Positions 23,484 through 33,037 of a stretch of 64,000 nucleotides of DNA are shown here, one piece after another. Source of the stretch: Candidatus Dormiibacterota bacterium (GTDB taxonomy: Bacteria; Chloroflexota; Dormibacteria; Aeolococcales; Aeolococcaceae); NCBI GenBank assembly GCA_963718525.1, contig OY970355.1, positions 1,056,001 to 1,120,000 on the forward strand, given 5' to 3'. How positions within the stretch are numbered: the first letter of the stretch is position 1; each line of letters begins with the position of its first letter. Made by a program: the position numbers and the translations under genes. The notes under the pieces are model-generated. The model ran no database searches. It was not told the DNA's origin and saw nothing but the letters and a program-made list of their open reading frames with translations.

Positions 23484-24208
23484 GCAGTGGGAACGACGAC
23501 GAACTGCTCTGCGAGGCGACCAGGCTCCAGTCCGTTCGCCTTGGCGGTGGCCTCGAGCCAGCCGCGGACGCGCTCCTCGAGCGCATCCCAGTCGGTGTAC
23601 TGGCTGCGGTGGCAGCGGAGCGCCGCCAGCTTGCGATCCGCGGTGTCGGTCACGTCGACGACCTTGACCTCGGGGCTCCCACCGGCGACGGCGCTCAACC
23701 AGACCTCGGCCACGGAATACGGTTCAAGCCCTTCGACCTCGAGCAGCTCAGGGTGCGCAAACGGGTTGCGCGAATCGGGATACACCGCGCACAGGGCTGC
23801 CTCGCCTGCGGCGAGGTGGTCGGGATGGCTGGCGAAGATGCGCGTGAAGTTGCGCAGCGGCGACTGCGTGATCACTCGCTGCGGCTGCTTCACGCGGATC
23901 ACACGGGTGATGTCCCGGCGCAGCTCGATACTCGGGGTGAGCCGCCCGTCCGGGTATCCGAGAAACGTGAGGTCGGTCACACCGACGGCCGCAGCAGCCT
24001 CGGTCTGCTCGACCCTCCGGATGGCGGCCATCTCCTTCCGCGAGATGCTCCGGTCGGACCCGCCGGCGTCACCGTCGGTGATGATGCAGTAGGACACCGT
24101 CACGCCGGCATCGGTCCATTTCGCGGTCGTCCCCGCGTTGCCGAAGTCGCAGTCGTCGGGATGGGCCACGACGACGAGGGCGCGTTCGATTCCGTCGATC
24201 TCTGACAC
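23480..24208 (-). CDS. PIG-L family deacetylase
   Basis: AHPDD and HPDH motifs, KLAALRCHRSQ. GTG start lies 7 nt after TACCAT. Confidence 0.9.
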   Translation of the reverse strand: MSEIDGIERALVVVAHPDDCDFGNAGTTAKWTDAGVTVSYCIITDGDAGGSDRSISRKEMAAIRRVEQTEAAAAVGVTDLTFLGYPDGRLTPSIELRRDITRVIRVKQPQRVITQSPLRNFTRIFASHPDHLAAGEAALCAVYPDSRNPFAHPELLEVEGLEPYSVAEVWLSAVAGGSPEVKVVDVTDTADRKLAALRCHRSQYTDWDALEERVRGWLEATAKANGLEPGRLAEQFVVVPTA

Positions 24209-24268
24209 GCCAAGGATGGTAGCCAAAGCGGACGCCGGAGCCCCTTCGACCCGTGCGACACTCGCTGC

Positions 24269-24772
24269 ATGCCTCCCGATCGGCCCATCCATCCGGATCT
24301 GGGCCGCCTTGCCGACCTTCTCGGCGACTGGTATGGCGAGGGCGAGGGCCGGTGGGCTGCCGGCGAGCCCTTCGGATACCACGAGTGGGTGAGCTTCGGA
24401 CACAACGGCAAGCCCTTCCTCGCGTATGCGCAGCGGACCACCGCGGCGGATGACGGGCGCCCGCTCCATGCCGAGACCGGCTACTGGCGAGCGCTTGGCG
24501 ACGGTGCGGTCGAGGTGGCGATGAGCCACCCGATCGGGGTGATCGAGATCGAGATCGGCCGCTGGGAGGGCAACTCGCTCAAGTTGCGCACGGCGTCGCT
24601 GGCGTGCACGCCGACCGCCAAGACCGTGACGGGGTTGCAGCGTGACTACGAGCTCGATGGAGACATCCTGAGCTACCGGCTGCGCATGGCGACCGACGGT
24701 GGCGAGCCGCGACCCCATCTCGCGGCCGCGCTGCGCCGCGTCATTCCGGCCGGTGAGCCGGCCGGGCACTGA
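24269..24772 (+). CDS. FABP-like / nitrobindin (DUF1794) protein
   Basis: LLGDWYGEGEG, GKPFLAYAQRT, LHAETGYWR and C-terminal PHL. Confidence 0.88.
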   Translation: MPPDRPIHPDLGRLADLLGDWYGEGEGRWAAGEPFGYHEWVSFGHNGKPFLAYAQRTTAADDGRPLHAETGYWRALGDGAVEVAMSHPIGVIEIEIGRWEGNSLKLRTASLACTPTAKTVTGLQRDYELDGDILSYRLRMATDGGEPRPHLAAALRRVIPAGEPAGH

Positions 24773-24775
24773 GCC

Positions 24776-25717
24776 ATGCGTGCAATTCCGATCCCGAGAT
24801 CGCTGCACCGCCTCCTCTCCGGCCCGACCCCACCCTCGCCGCGTCCGATGCCGATTCGCGATCCCACACCGGACCCGGGGCTCTTCGGCCCGGGTTCCAT
24901 CACCTGGGTCGTGATGCGCGAACCACGCCTGCTGCTGGCTGCCGGGCGTGCCCTGCTCCTCCAGGCGGCGAATCCGCTCGTCGCCCAGGGTGCGATCGAA
25001 CACAGCACCTATAAGTCCGACCCGTACGGCAGGCTGGAGCGGACCGTCCGATGGGTGACGGTCGTGTGCTTTGGAACCACCCGCGAGGCTGAGCGGGTCT
25101 CGGGTGGTGTGAACCGGCTGCACCGGCCGGTGACAGGAACCCTGCCCGCGGCCAATGGCACGCGCCGTGTCCCGGGTGGCACGCGCTACTCCGCCGGGGA
25201 TCCTGCCCTTCTCCGGTGGGTGCACGCCTCATTCGTCGACACCATGCTGGTTGCGCACGACGCGCTCGTGGGCGGCCTGAGCGGTGGCGAGCGCGACACC
25301 TTCGTCCGCGAGTGGGACGCGGTCGCCCGGCTCATGGGCCTGTCCCCGAGCCAATGCTGGCCCGACGCCGCAGCGCTCCGGCGGTATGTGGACAGGGAGG
25401 TGCGTCGGGGCCAGGCCCTGCCCGGGGCCGGCTCCCGCGAGGTCGCCGAGACGGTGCTCCATCCCCCGGTCGGCTCGCCACTCATGCGACCGGGCATGGA
25501 TACGCTCGCCTTCATCGCGACCGGCTTGCTCCCCGCGGAGCTGCGTCGCGGCTATGGATTGAGGTGGACCCCAGCGCACGGTGCCGCATTCGCCGGGCTC
25601 ACCGGGTCGTTGCGAGCTGCCACGCCGGCGATGCCCAGGCGCCTGCGTATCTCTCCGGTGTATGACCTGGCCCTGGCCCGCGCCGAGGGCCGCTGGCCGG
25701 CCTCGAGGGCAGCCTGA
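24776..25717 (+). CDS. Oxygenase MpaB family (DUF2236) protein
   Basis: GLFGPGSITW, ALLLQAANP, DPYGRLERT, VNRLH and LLRWVHA motifs. Confidence 0.88.
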   Translation: MRAIPIPRSLHRLLSGPTPPSPRPMPIRDPTPDPGLFGPGSITWVVMREPRLLLAAGRALLLQAANPLVAQGAIEHSTYKSDPYGRLERTVRWVTVVCFGTTREAERVSGGVNRLHRPVTGTLPAANGTRRVPGGTRYSAGDPALLRWVHASFVDTMLVAHDALVGGLSGGERDTFVREWDAVARLMGLSPSQCWPDAAALRRYVDREVRRGQALPGAGSREVAETVLHPPVGSPLMRPGMDTLAFIATGLLPAELRRGYGLRWTPAHGAAFAGLTGSLRAATPAMPRRLRISPVYDLALARAEGRWPASRAA

Positions 25718-25850
25718 CCGGTCTCCCCTCACTCAGCAGGGTGATTTTCACGCGAAAGATGGCCTACCCATTGGCGAATCGGTACCCTACGACCTGCGTC
25801 CTGGGGCAGAGGCACGCCCAGTGGACATTGGTCGTCACAAGGAGGCACAT

Positions 25851-27698
25851 ATGACCTTGCGAAGTTGGCGGGCGAAATCATTGCCCGCTGCAATCGGTCT
25901 CGGCGCGATCGTTCTCGCGGCCTGCGGGAGCCCCAGCACTGCGACGGGTCCCACGGTCACCAAGACCACGGCGACGTTCGCTGAAGGCCCCGGAGCTCAG
26001 CCGAACTACATCTTCCCGCTGGCGTCGCTGGCGTACTTCAGCGTCGCGAACCTCAGCCAGTTCCAGTTCCTGATGTACCGGCCGCTGTACTGGTTCGGCA
26101 CCAACGGCCAGGTTCAGCTCAACAGCAGCCTCAGCCTCGCCGACCCGCCCGTGTATTCCTCGGACGGCAAATCGGTGACCGTCACCCTGAAGGGCTGGAA
26201 GTGGTCGGACGGAACCCAGATCACCGCCCGCGACGTCCAGTTCTGGCAGAACATGGTCACCGCCAACGCGGCCAACTGGGCAGGCTCCTCGCCGGGCGAG
26301 TATCCCCAGAACGTCACCAGCACGACGATCAGCCCCACCAACCCGCTCCAGATCACCTTCAACCTCACCCAGGCCTACGGCTCGTACTGGTTCACCTACA
26401 ACGAGCTGAGCCAGATCACGCCCCTTCCCCAGCACGTATGGGACAAGGAGTTGGCAACTGGCGCGGTCGGAAACTACGACCAGACCACGGCGGGCGCTGT
26501 TGCGGTCTACAAGTTCCTCGACTCGCAGTCCAAGTCCATCTCGACCTACGACACCAACCCTCTCTGGCAGGTCGTGTCGGGTCCGTGGAAGCTCAAGTCG
26601 ATGGACACCGCGGGCAATATCTCGATGGTGCCGAACCCCGGCTATGGCGGACCGGTCAAGCCGACTCTGACCCAGTTCAACGAGGTGCCCTTCACCAAGG
26701 ACACCGCGGAGTTCGATCAGCTCAAGGCGGCGACCTCGGTCAGCAACACCACGATTGACTGGGGCTACATCCCCGACGCAGACGTGCTGCAGAGAGCCAC
26801 GTTGAGCAACATCTACGACTTCTCAACCTGGGCGGGCTGGCAGATCACCTACTTCCCAGAGAACTTCACCAACCCGACCAGCGGGCCGATCTTCAGCCAG
26901 CTCTACTTCAGACAGGCGATGCAGTACCTGGTCGACCAGAACACCTTCATCAGCAAGGCGTTCTTCGGGTATGGCTACCCGACCTACGGCCCGGTGCCGA
27001 CCAAGCCGTCCTCGAACTTCGTCGATTCGTTCGAGCGGAACAATCCATACCCGTATAGCCCGAGCAAGGCCGTGTCGCTGCTCCAGGCCAACGGCTGGAC
27101 GGTCAACGCCGGCGGAGTGAGCACCTGCACGAGCCCGGGCACCGGCACCGGGCAGTGCGGCGCAGGCGTCCCCATGGGAGCCAAGGCCTCGTTCAGCCTC
27201 CAGTACGTGAGTGGAACGCCCGCTCTGGACCAGGAGATGGCGCAGTTCAAGACGGACTACGCCCTGGCAGGCATCGCGATCAACCTCTCCACCGCACCAT
27301 TCAACACGGTCATCGGCAATGCAACCCCCTGCAAGGCCGGCCAGGCATGCACCTGGGACATGGAGTTCTGGGGCGGTGGTTGGATCTACGCTCCTGACTA
27401 CGAGCCCACCGGCGACGAGCTGTGGTCGTGCACCGGGACCGGCGCCAACGTGCAGTACGCGGGCTCGGACTCCGGCGGCTACTGCGACCCGCAGGCGCAG
27501 AGCCTGATCGTCAACACCGAGACGAGCAGCGCCATCTCGGCCATGTACGCCTACGAGGACTACCTCACCAAGCAGCTGCCAGTCATCTGGATGCCCGTCA
27601 ACTACGCGCAGCTGAATATGATCAACAAGAATCTGAAGGGCACCCAGCCGCTGGATCCGCTCCTCCAGATCTACCCGGAGAACTGGCGCTGGTCCTGA
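25851..27698 (+). CDS. Peptide/nickel ABC transporter substrate-binding lipoprotein (family 5)
   Basis: Lipobox LAAC, KWSDGTQITARDV and SGPWKL motifs; AAGGAGG RBS. Confidence 0.92.
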   Translation: MTLRSWRAKSLPAAIGLGAIVLAACGSPSTATGPTVTKTTATFAEGPGAQPNYIFPLASLAYFSVANLSQFQFLMYRPLYWFGTNGQVQLNSSLSLADPPVYSSDGKSVTVTLKGWKWSDGTQITARDVQFWQNMVTANAANWAGSSPGEYPQNVTSTTISPTNPLQITFNLTQAYGSYWFTYNELSQITPLPQHVWDKELATGAVGNYDQTTAGAVAVYKFLDSQSKSISTYDTNPLWQVVSGPWKLKSMDTAGNISMVPNPGYGGPVKPTLTQFNEVPFTKDTAEFDQLKAATSVSNTTIDWGYIPDADVLQRATLSNIYDFSTWAGWQITYFPENFTNPTSGPIFSQLYFRQAMQYLVDQNTFISKAFFGYGYPTYGPVPTKPSSNFVDSFERNNPYPYSPSKAVSLLQANGWTVNAGGVSTCTSPGTGTGQCGAGVPMGAKASFSLQYVSGTPALDQEMAQFKTDYALAGIAINLSTAPFNTVIGNATPCKAGQACTWDMEFWGGGWIYAPDYEPTGDELWSCTGTGANVQYAGSDSGGYCDPQAQSLIVNTETSSAISAMYAYEDYLTKQLPVIWMPVNYAQLNMINKNLKGTQPLDPLLQIYPENWRWS

Positions 27699-27732
27699 GC
27701 CAGGGCGCCAGGTAACCTTCACCGCATCAATC

Positions 27733-27762
27733 AGGGGATGCCGGCAAGTGCCGGCATCCCCT
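27733..27762 (+). terminator. Perfect inverted repeat between the SBP and permease genes (partial terminator or mRNA-stabilising hairpin)
   Basis: AGGGGATGCCGGCA-ag-TGCCGGCATCCCCT, with no U-tract. Confidence 0.7.
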
Positions 27763-27819
27763 CGTCCGTTCCGCTAATCTTTTGCCAAATGGGCGTCAGG
27801 GCGAGGTAGGAAGGAGCAA

Positions 27820-28776
27820 ATGCTCGGCTACATCATCCGGCGGGTGCTTCAGGCAATCCTGATCACGATCGGCGTGACGCTGATCGTCTTCATCCTCCTG
27901 CACGTGATCCCCGGTGGCGGCGTGGCCCGGAATATCCTGGGGCCGCGAGCCAGCCAGGCCCAGATCGATGCGTTCAACCACGACAACGGCCTCGACCAGC
28001 CCCTTCCCCTTCAGTACCTGACCTACCTCTGGCAGCTGGCCCACGGGAACTTCGGCTTCTCGTACAAGCTCAATCAGACGGTCGCCTCGATCCTCCTCCA
28101 GTACCTCCCCAAGACGCTGCTCCTCCTGGGCCTGTCCTACGTCGTCGCGATCGTGATCGCGATCCCGCTCGGGATCTACCAGGCCGTCCGGCGCAACAAG
28201 GTCGACGACTACATCTTCACCGGCGCCTCGTTCGTCCTCTACTCGATGCCGGTGTTCTGGCTCGGCATCATCCTCATCGTCCTCTTCAGCTTCGTGCTCC
28301 ACTGGTTTCCAGCGGAAGGGCCTCAGGGCGCCTTCGTCACCGATGACCTCAACCAGCTGAGCTCACTGATCCTGCCGGTGGCGACGCTCTCGCTGGTGAC
28401 CATCGCCTCATTCAGCCGATACATGCGCTCATCGACGCTGGAGAACATGGTCCAGGACTACACGCGAACAGCACGAGCCAAGGGAGCGTCGAATTCGCGA
28501 GTGCTGTTTGTTCACGTGCTGCGCAACGCCATGATCCCGATCCTCACGCTGATCGGGCTTTCAGTCGGCTACGTCTTCAGCGGTGCGCTGATCACCGAAG
28601 CGCTCTTCAACTACCCGGGAATCGGCTACATCTTCTGGAACGCGACGTTGACAACTGACTATCCGATCATCCTCGGCGTGATCGTCGTGACCGGCTTCGC
28701 GACCGTCCTCGGTTCGCTCATGGCCGACGTCATGTACGCGATCGCCGATCCGCGCGTGAGGTACCGCCGAACATGA
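27820..28776 (+). CDS. Peptide ABC transporter permease (OppB/DppB-like)
   Basis: YIIRR, GLDQPLPLQY, DYTRTARAKG and ITEALFNYPGIG motifs. Confidence 0.94.
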   Translation: MLGYIIRRVLQAILITIGVTLIVFILLHVIPGGGVARNILGPRASQAQIDAFNHDNGLDQPLPLQYLTYLWQLAHGNFGFSYKLNQTVASILLQYLPKTLLLLGLSYVVAIVIAIPLGIYQAVRRNKVDDYIFTGASFVLYSMPVFWLGIILIVLFSFVLHWFPAEGPQGAFVTDDLNQLSSLILPVATLSLVTIASFSRYMRSSTLENMVQDYTRTARAKGASNSRVLFVHVLRNAMIPILTLIGLSVGYVFSGALITEALFNYPGIGYIFWNATLTTDYPIILGVIVVTGFATVLGSLMADVMYAIADPRVRYRRT

Positions 28777-29723
28777 GCACGTTGGATCAACCGCAAAGCA
28801 TCTCTTTCCCGGTTCCTGGAGGGGCAACCCAGGAGAAACCGGCCGAGGTCCAGGACATCGTCCCAGCCTTCGAGGCTCAGGGCGTCTGGCGGTTGGCATT
28901 CAACGTCTTCATCCAGAATCGCCTCGCCGTGGTCGGCGTCGGGATCGTCGTGTTCATGGTCCTGTTCTGCTTTGTGGGGCCGCTCTTCTACCACACCAAT
29001 CAAAACGACACCAACCTGGCGAACGAGTTCCTGGCGCCGTCGTCGGCGCACTTGCTCGGTACCGATCAGGACGGCTTCGACATCATCGGGCGCCTGATGA
29101 TCGGCGGTCAGACGTCACTCGAGATCGGCATCGCCGCCGCCCTCATCGCCACGGTGTTCGGTGTCCTCTGGGGCGCCGTGGCAGGCTTCTTCGGCGGCTG
29201 GGTGGACAACCTGCTGATGCGCTTCGTCGACATCATGCTCGCGATCCCCGCGCTGTTTCTCCTCCTGTTCCTCGCCGTCGCCTTCCCGCGCAATGTGCTG
29301 ACGCTGATCCTCGTGGTCTCGGTCACCGCGTGGCTCATCCCGGCTCGTCTCGTGCGTGCCGAGGCACTCACGCTGCGGACCCGCGAGTACGTCCAGGCGG
29401 TCACCATGATGGGCGGGGGCGGCTTGCGGATCGTGCTCCGCCACATCATTCCGAACTCCGTCGGGACCATCATGGTCAACGCGACATTCCAGGTCGCCGA
29501 TGCGATCCTCCTCGTCGCCGCGGTCAACTATCTCGGTCTCGGGATTGCCCCGCCCGCGACCAACTGGGGCGCGATGCTCTCCGACGGCACCACGTATATC
29601 GCCAACGGGTGGTGGTGGTTGATCTATCCCGCGGGGCTCGCCATCGTGCTGACGGTGGTCGCGTTCAACTTCATCGGCGATGCGCTGCGCGATGCGCTCG
29701 AGGTTCGGCTCCAGAAGCGCTGA
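28773..29723 (+). CDS. Peptide ABC transporter permease (OppC/DppC-like)
   Basis: HLLGTDQDG, REYVQA, RHIIPN and AFNFIGDALRDA motifs. Confidence 0.94.
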   Translation: MSTLDQPQSISFPVPGGATQEKPAEVQDIVPAFEAQGVWRLAFNVFIQNRLAVVGVGIVVFMVLFCFVGPLFYHTNQNDTNLANEFLAPSSAHLLGTDQDGFDIIGRLMIGGQTSLEIGIAAALIATVFGVLWGAVAGFFGGWVDNLLMRFVDIMLAIPALFLLLFLAVAFPRNVLTLILVVSVTAWLIPARLVRAEALTLRTREYVQAVTMMGGGGLRIVLRHIIPNSVGTIMVNATFQVADAILLVAAVNYLGLGIAPPATNWGAMLSDGTTYIANGWWWLIYPAGLAIVLTVVAFNFIGDALRDALEVRLQKR

Positions 29724-29751
29724 CGCGCATCGAGCCCGGAAGCCGGCTCGG

Positions 29752-29950
29752 GTTGCTGAGTTCCGCACTCTCGTCCGGGGCCTGTCGGAGCGGGGTCCCC
29801 TCGCCGCTCAGCTGCCCGGTCTGACTCCCCATCGCATGGGGTTCTGGGGACGTCTTGCGCGGCGCCGGTCAGCAGAGCGGCGCTGCCCCCCGCTCCGCCA
29901 CCCGGACGGCTCCGCGGGTTTGGCCCGCGCCGGACTACACGCTCGGCAGC
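29752..29950 (+). ncRNA. Candidate structured RNA or long inverted-repeat element
   Basis: Nested helices 29752-60/29942-50, 29771-79/29901-09, 29786-95/29888-97, 29802-09/29875-82 and 29811-19/29865-73. Several stem mismatches read as G-U pairs on the + strand. Confidence 0.45.
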
Positions 29951-29983
29951 TTCGTCGCGTCCCTCGCTTGAGCAAGAAGGGGG

Positions 29984-31033
29984 CTAGGCCGCCAACTCCA
30001 TGGGCGCGCGTAAGGGGAAATGGCAGGCCGCCATGTGGTGCTCGCCAAAGGCTCTGAGGGGGGGCTCCTCCTCGGCGCAGAGTTGTTGGGCGCGTGGGCA
30101 GCGGGTGCGGAATCGGCAGCCTGACGGTGGGTTGATGGCTGAGGGAATCTCGCCCTTGGGCGCGTCCATGTCCTTGGTGCGCTCGATGTCCGGGTCGGGA
30201 ATCGGGATCGCGCTGACCAGTCCCTTGGTGTACGGGTGGGCGGGCTCCGAGTAGAGCTCGGCGCCGGACCCGATCTCGACCATCTTGCCGAGGTACATGA
30301 CGCCGATCCGGTCGGACATGTATTTCACGACGGAGAGGTCGTGGGAGATGATCACGTAGGTGAGCCCGTACTTCTCCTGCAGGGCGTTCATCATGTTGAG
30401 AATCTGCGAACGGATGGAGACGTCCAGGGCCGACACCGGCTCGTCGGCGACGATCAGATTCGGGTTCAGGGCAAGCGCTCTCGCGAGTCCGATGCGCTGA
30501 CGCTGGCCGCCGCTGAACTCGTGGGGATACCGGTCGAGCGCACCGCGCGCAAGGCCGACATCATTGAGCAGCTCAGCGCAACGCTCGACCTGCTGCGCCT
30601 TGTTCCCGATGCCCTGGATTGCCAGGGGTTCACGAAGGATGGTGACGACGCGCATGCGCGGGTCCAATGACGCATACGGGTCCTGGAACATCATCTGCAT
30701 GTCACGGCGCTTGGTGCGCAGCTTGCCGCGTCCCATCTTGGCGATGTCCTCGCCGTTGATGACTATGGAACCGGAGGTGGGCGGCTCGAGCGCGACGATC
30801 ATGCGGCCGGTTGTGGTCTTGCCACATCCCGACTCGCCGACGAGACCGAACGTCTCGCCAGGGAGCACCTCGAACGACACATCAGAGACCGCATGCACCG
30901 CGCCGACCTGCCGCTGCAGAACCGCGCCCTTGGTGACCGGAAACTCCTTGACGAGATTCCTGACCACGAGAAACGGCTTGCGGCCGTTGGAGGAAACGGG
31001 CGTCGCGGTCGGAGTCGCGGGCGTGACGGTCAT
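29984..31033 (-). CDS. Peptide ABC transporter ATP-binding protein (OppF-like)
   Basis: GESGCGKT, FSGGQRQR, DEPVSALD and PPSGCRFRTRCP motifs. Confidence 0.95.
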   Translation of the reverse strand: MTVTPATPTATPVSSNGRKPFLVVRNLVKEFPVTKGAVLQRQVGAVHAVSDVSFEVLPGETFGLVGESGCGKTTTGRMIVALEPPTSGSIVINGEDIAKMGRGKLRTKRRDMQMMFQDPYASLDPRMRVVTILREPLAIQGIGNKAQQVERCAELLNDVGLARGALDRYPHEFSGGQRQRIGLARALALNPNLIVADEPVSALDVSIRSQILNMMNALQEKYGLTYVIISHDLSVVKYMSDRIGVMYLGKMVEIGSGAELYSEPAHPYTKGLVSAIPIPDPDIERTKDMDAPKGEIPSAINPPSGCRFRTRCPRAQQLCAEEEPPLRAFGEHHMAACHFPLRAPMELAA

Positions 31034-32046
31034 CTGGCCGGAACGGTCTGCGCAACGACGGGGCTGTCAACGCCGGCAGGGTGATGGCATGCGTAGTAAT
31101 GCCCCGGCTCGTGCTCGATGAGCAACGGCTCCTCGGTGTGGCAGATGGCCGTGTCGTACCTGCAGCGCGCGGCGAAGCGGCACGCGGGCGGAGGAGCCGT
31201 GAGGTCCGGCGGCAGACCCGGAATGCTGTACAGCCCGGTCGCGGCGTCCTGGTCGAGCCTCGGAATCGCCTCGACGAGTGCCTCCGTATACCGATGACGC
31301 ATTCCCTTGAAGAGCCTGCGCGTCTCGGATGTCTCGACGATCTTCCCCGCGTACATCACGGCGACACGGTCCGCGCGACCGGCGATGACGCCCATGTCGT
31401 GGGTGATCAGGAGCACCGCCATGTGCAGGCGCCGGCGCAGGTCGTCGAGCAGGTCGAGGATCTGCGCCTGGATGGTGACGTCGAGCGCCGTTGTCGGCTC
31501 GTCGGCGATGAGCAGCTTCGGGTCACACACCAATGCCATGGCGATCATCACGCGCTGGCGGAGACCGCCGGACAGCATGTGGGGGTAGTCACTGAGACGC
31601 TCTCGCGGGCGGGGCATTCCAACCAGGCCGAGAACTTCGGCGCAGCGCTCGCGGGTCTCGTCGTCGCTGGTATCCCGGTGGATGTGCAGTACCTCGCCGA
31701 TCTGGTCACCGATCGTCATCGTCGGGTTGAGCGACGTCATCGGGTCCTGGAAGATCACGGCGACCTCGTTGCCTCGGATGTCACGCATCGCCTTCTCGTC
31801 CAGTGGCACGACATCGCGGCCGTTGAGCTTGATGCTCCCGGAGACGATGCTGCCGCCCGACGGCAGCAGTTTCATGATCGACATCCCTGTGATGCTCTTG
31901 CCGCATCCGGATTCGCCCACCAGCCCCAACGTTTCACCGGGGGCGATGTGCAGGGAGATGCCGTCCACCGCGCGCACCGTTGTTCGTGACAGCCGGATAT
32001 AGGTCTTCAGGCCCTCTATCTCGAGAACGTTGGTCGCGTTATCCAT
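31030..32046 (-). CDS. Peptide ABC transporter ATP-binding protein (OppD-like)
   Basis: [26 protein letters not shown] and DEPTTALD motifs. Confidence 0.95.
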   Translation of the reverse strand: MDNATNVLEIEGLKTYIRLSRTTVRAVDGISLHIAPGETLGLVGESGCGKSITGMSIMKLLPSGGSIVSGSIKLNGRDVVPLDEKAMRDIRGNEVAVIFQDPMTSLNPTMTIGDQIGEVLHIHRDTSDDETRERCAEVLGLVGMPRPRERLSDYPHMLSGGLRQRVMIAMALVCDPKLLIADEPTTALDVTIQAQILDLLDDLRRRLHMAVLLITHDMGVIAGRADRVAVMYAGKIVETSETRRLFKGMRHRYTEALVEAIPRLDQDAATGLYSIPGLPPDLTAPPPACRFAARCRYDTAICHTEEPLLIEHEPGHYYACHHPAGVDSPVVAQTVPAR

Positions 32047-32144
32047 GGCGAACTGAGCAATACCTCCTCACGCCGCAGTGTATCAGCGCCACAGTGCCGG
32101 TTTGGGTATTGTCGAGCGGCTGCGGATTGGCTAGGCTCCTCGCA

Positions 32145-33017
32145 GTGAAGGTGATGGAGGGCGACCCGGGCACACAGGTCGAGGAGGACACATTCGCCGG
32201 CGTCCGCGGCCTCCGCATCCACGTCAGGACCTGGCTCCCCGCAGGCGCGCCAACCGGGGTGGTGGTCGTCGCGCACGGGTTCGCAGAACATGCCGGCAGG
32301 TACGCGACCCTGGCGGAACGGCTGGTCGCGGATGGGCTCGCCGTTCGCGCCGCCGATCATCGCGGTCATGGGCTGAGCGAGGGCAAGCGCACCAGTGTCG
32401 TGCGCTTCCGTGACTACGTCGACGACCTGAACAGTGTGATTGCGCAGGCACGGGCTCGCTGGCCGTCTGAGCCCCTCGTCCTGCTCGGGCACAGCATGGG
32501 CGGCCTGATCGCCCTCGATCTCGCGGTGCGGTCCAGCGACGCACTCGACGGCCTCATCGTCTCGGCACCTGCAGCGTGTCCCCGCGACGTGTCGAGGTTG
32601 AAGCTCGCCATCGGACGAGCTCTGTCCCGCGTTGCGCCGGACACGGGTGTTCTGCGGCTTCCGCTCGACCGGATCAGCCGAGATCCCGCGGTGGTCGACG
32701 CCTACAACCACGACCCGCTCGTGTTCCGCGCACCGATGCGCGCGCGGCTTGGTGCGGAGATGCTCGATGCGATGGACCGTGTCGACGCCGGGCTGCCGTC
32801 GCTGAAGGTCCCGCTGCTGGTGATGCAGGGAACCGCCGACGGTCTGGTGGATCCGGGATGTGGACCGCACGTCTACGAGCGCGCGGGCTCGAAGGACAAG
32901 ACCCTGAAGATGTATGACGGGCTCTGGCACGAGATCTTCAACGAGCCCGAGCGGGATCACGTGCTCGGCGATCTGATCGCTTGGTTGCGGACGCGTCTCG
33001 CCGCATCACGCGGCTGA
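32145..33017 (+). CDS. Alpha/beta hydrolase (lysophospholipase / monoacylglycerol lipase-like)
   Basis: HGFAEH, DHRGHG, GHSMGG and HEIFNE motifs. Start at 32145 or 32154. Confidence 0.92.
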   Translation: MKVMEGDPGTQVEEDTFAGVRGLRIHVRTWLPAGAPTGVVVVAHGFAEHAGRYATLAERLVADGLAVRAADHRGHGLSEGKRTSVVRFRDYVDDLNSVIAQARARWPSEPLVLLGHSMGGLIALDLAVRSSDALDGLIVSAPAACPRDVSRLKLAIGRALSRVAPDTGVLRLPLDRISRDPAVVDAYNHDPLVFRAPMRARLGAEMLDAMDRVDAGLPSLKVPLLVMQGTADGLVDPGCGPHVYERAGSKDKTLKMYDGLWHEIFNEPERDHVLGDLIAWLRTRLAASRG

Positions 33018-33037
33018 CAGCTAGAGTTCGTTGAGCG

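Noticed and set aside
23480-25225. Long N-terminal extensions in the ORF track (also 3643-5379, 8898-10637, 36238-37362, 19920-20612)
   Set aside because: The extensions overlap other genes and lack homology, so starts were moved to the recognisable domains.
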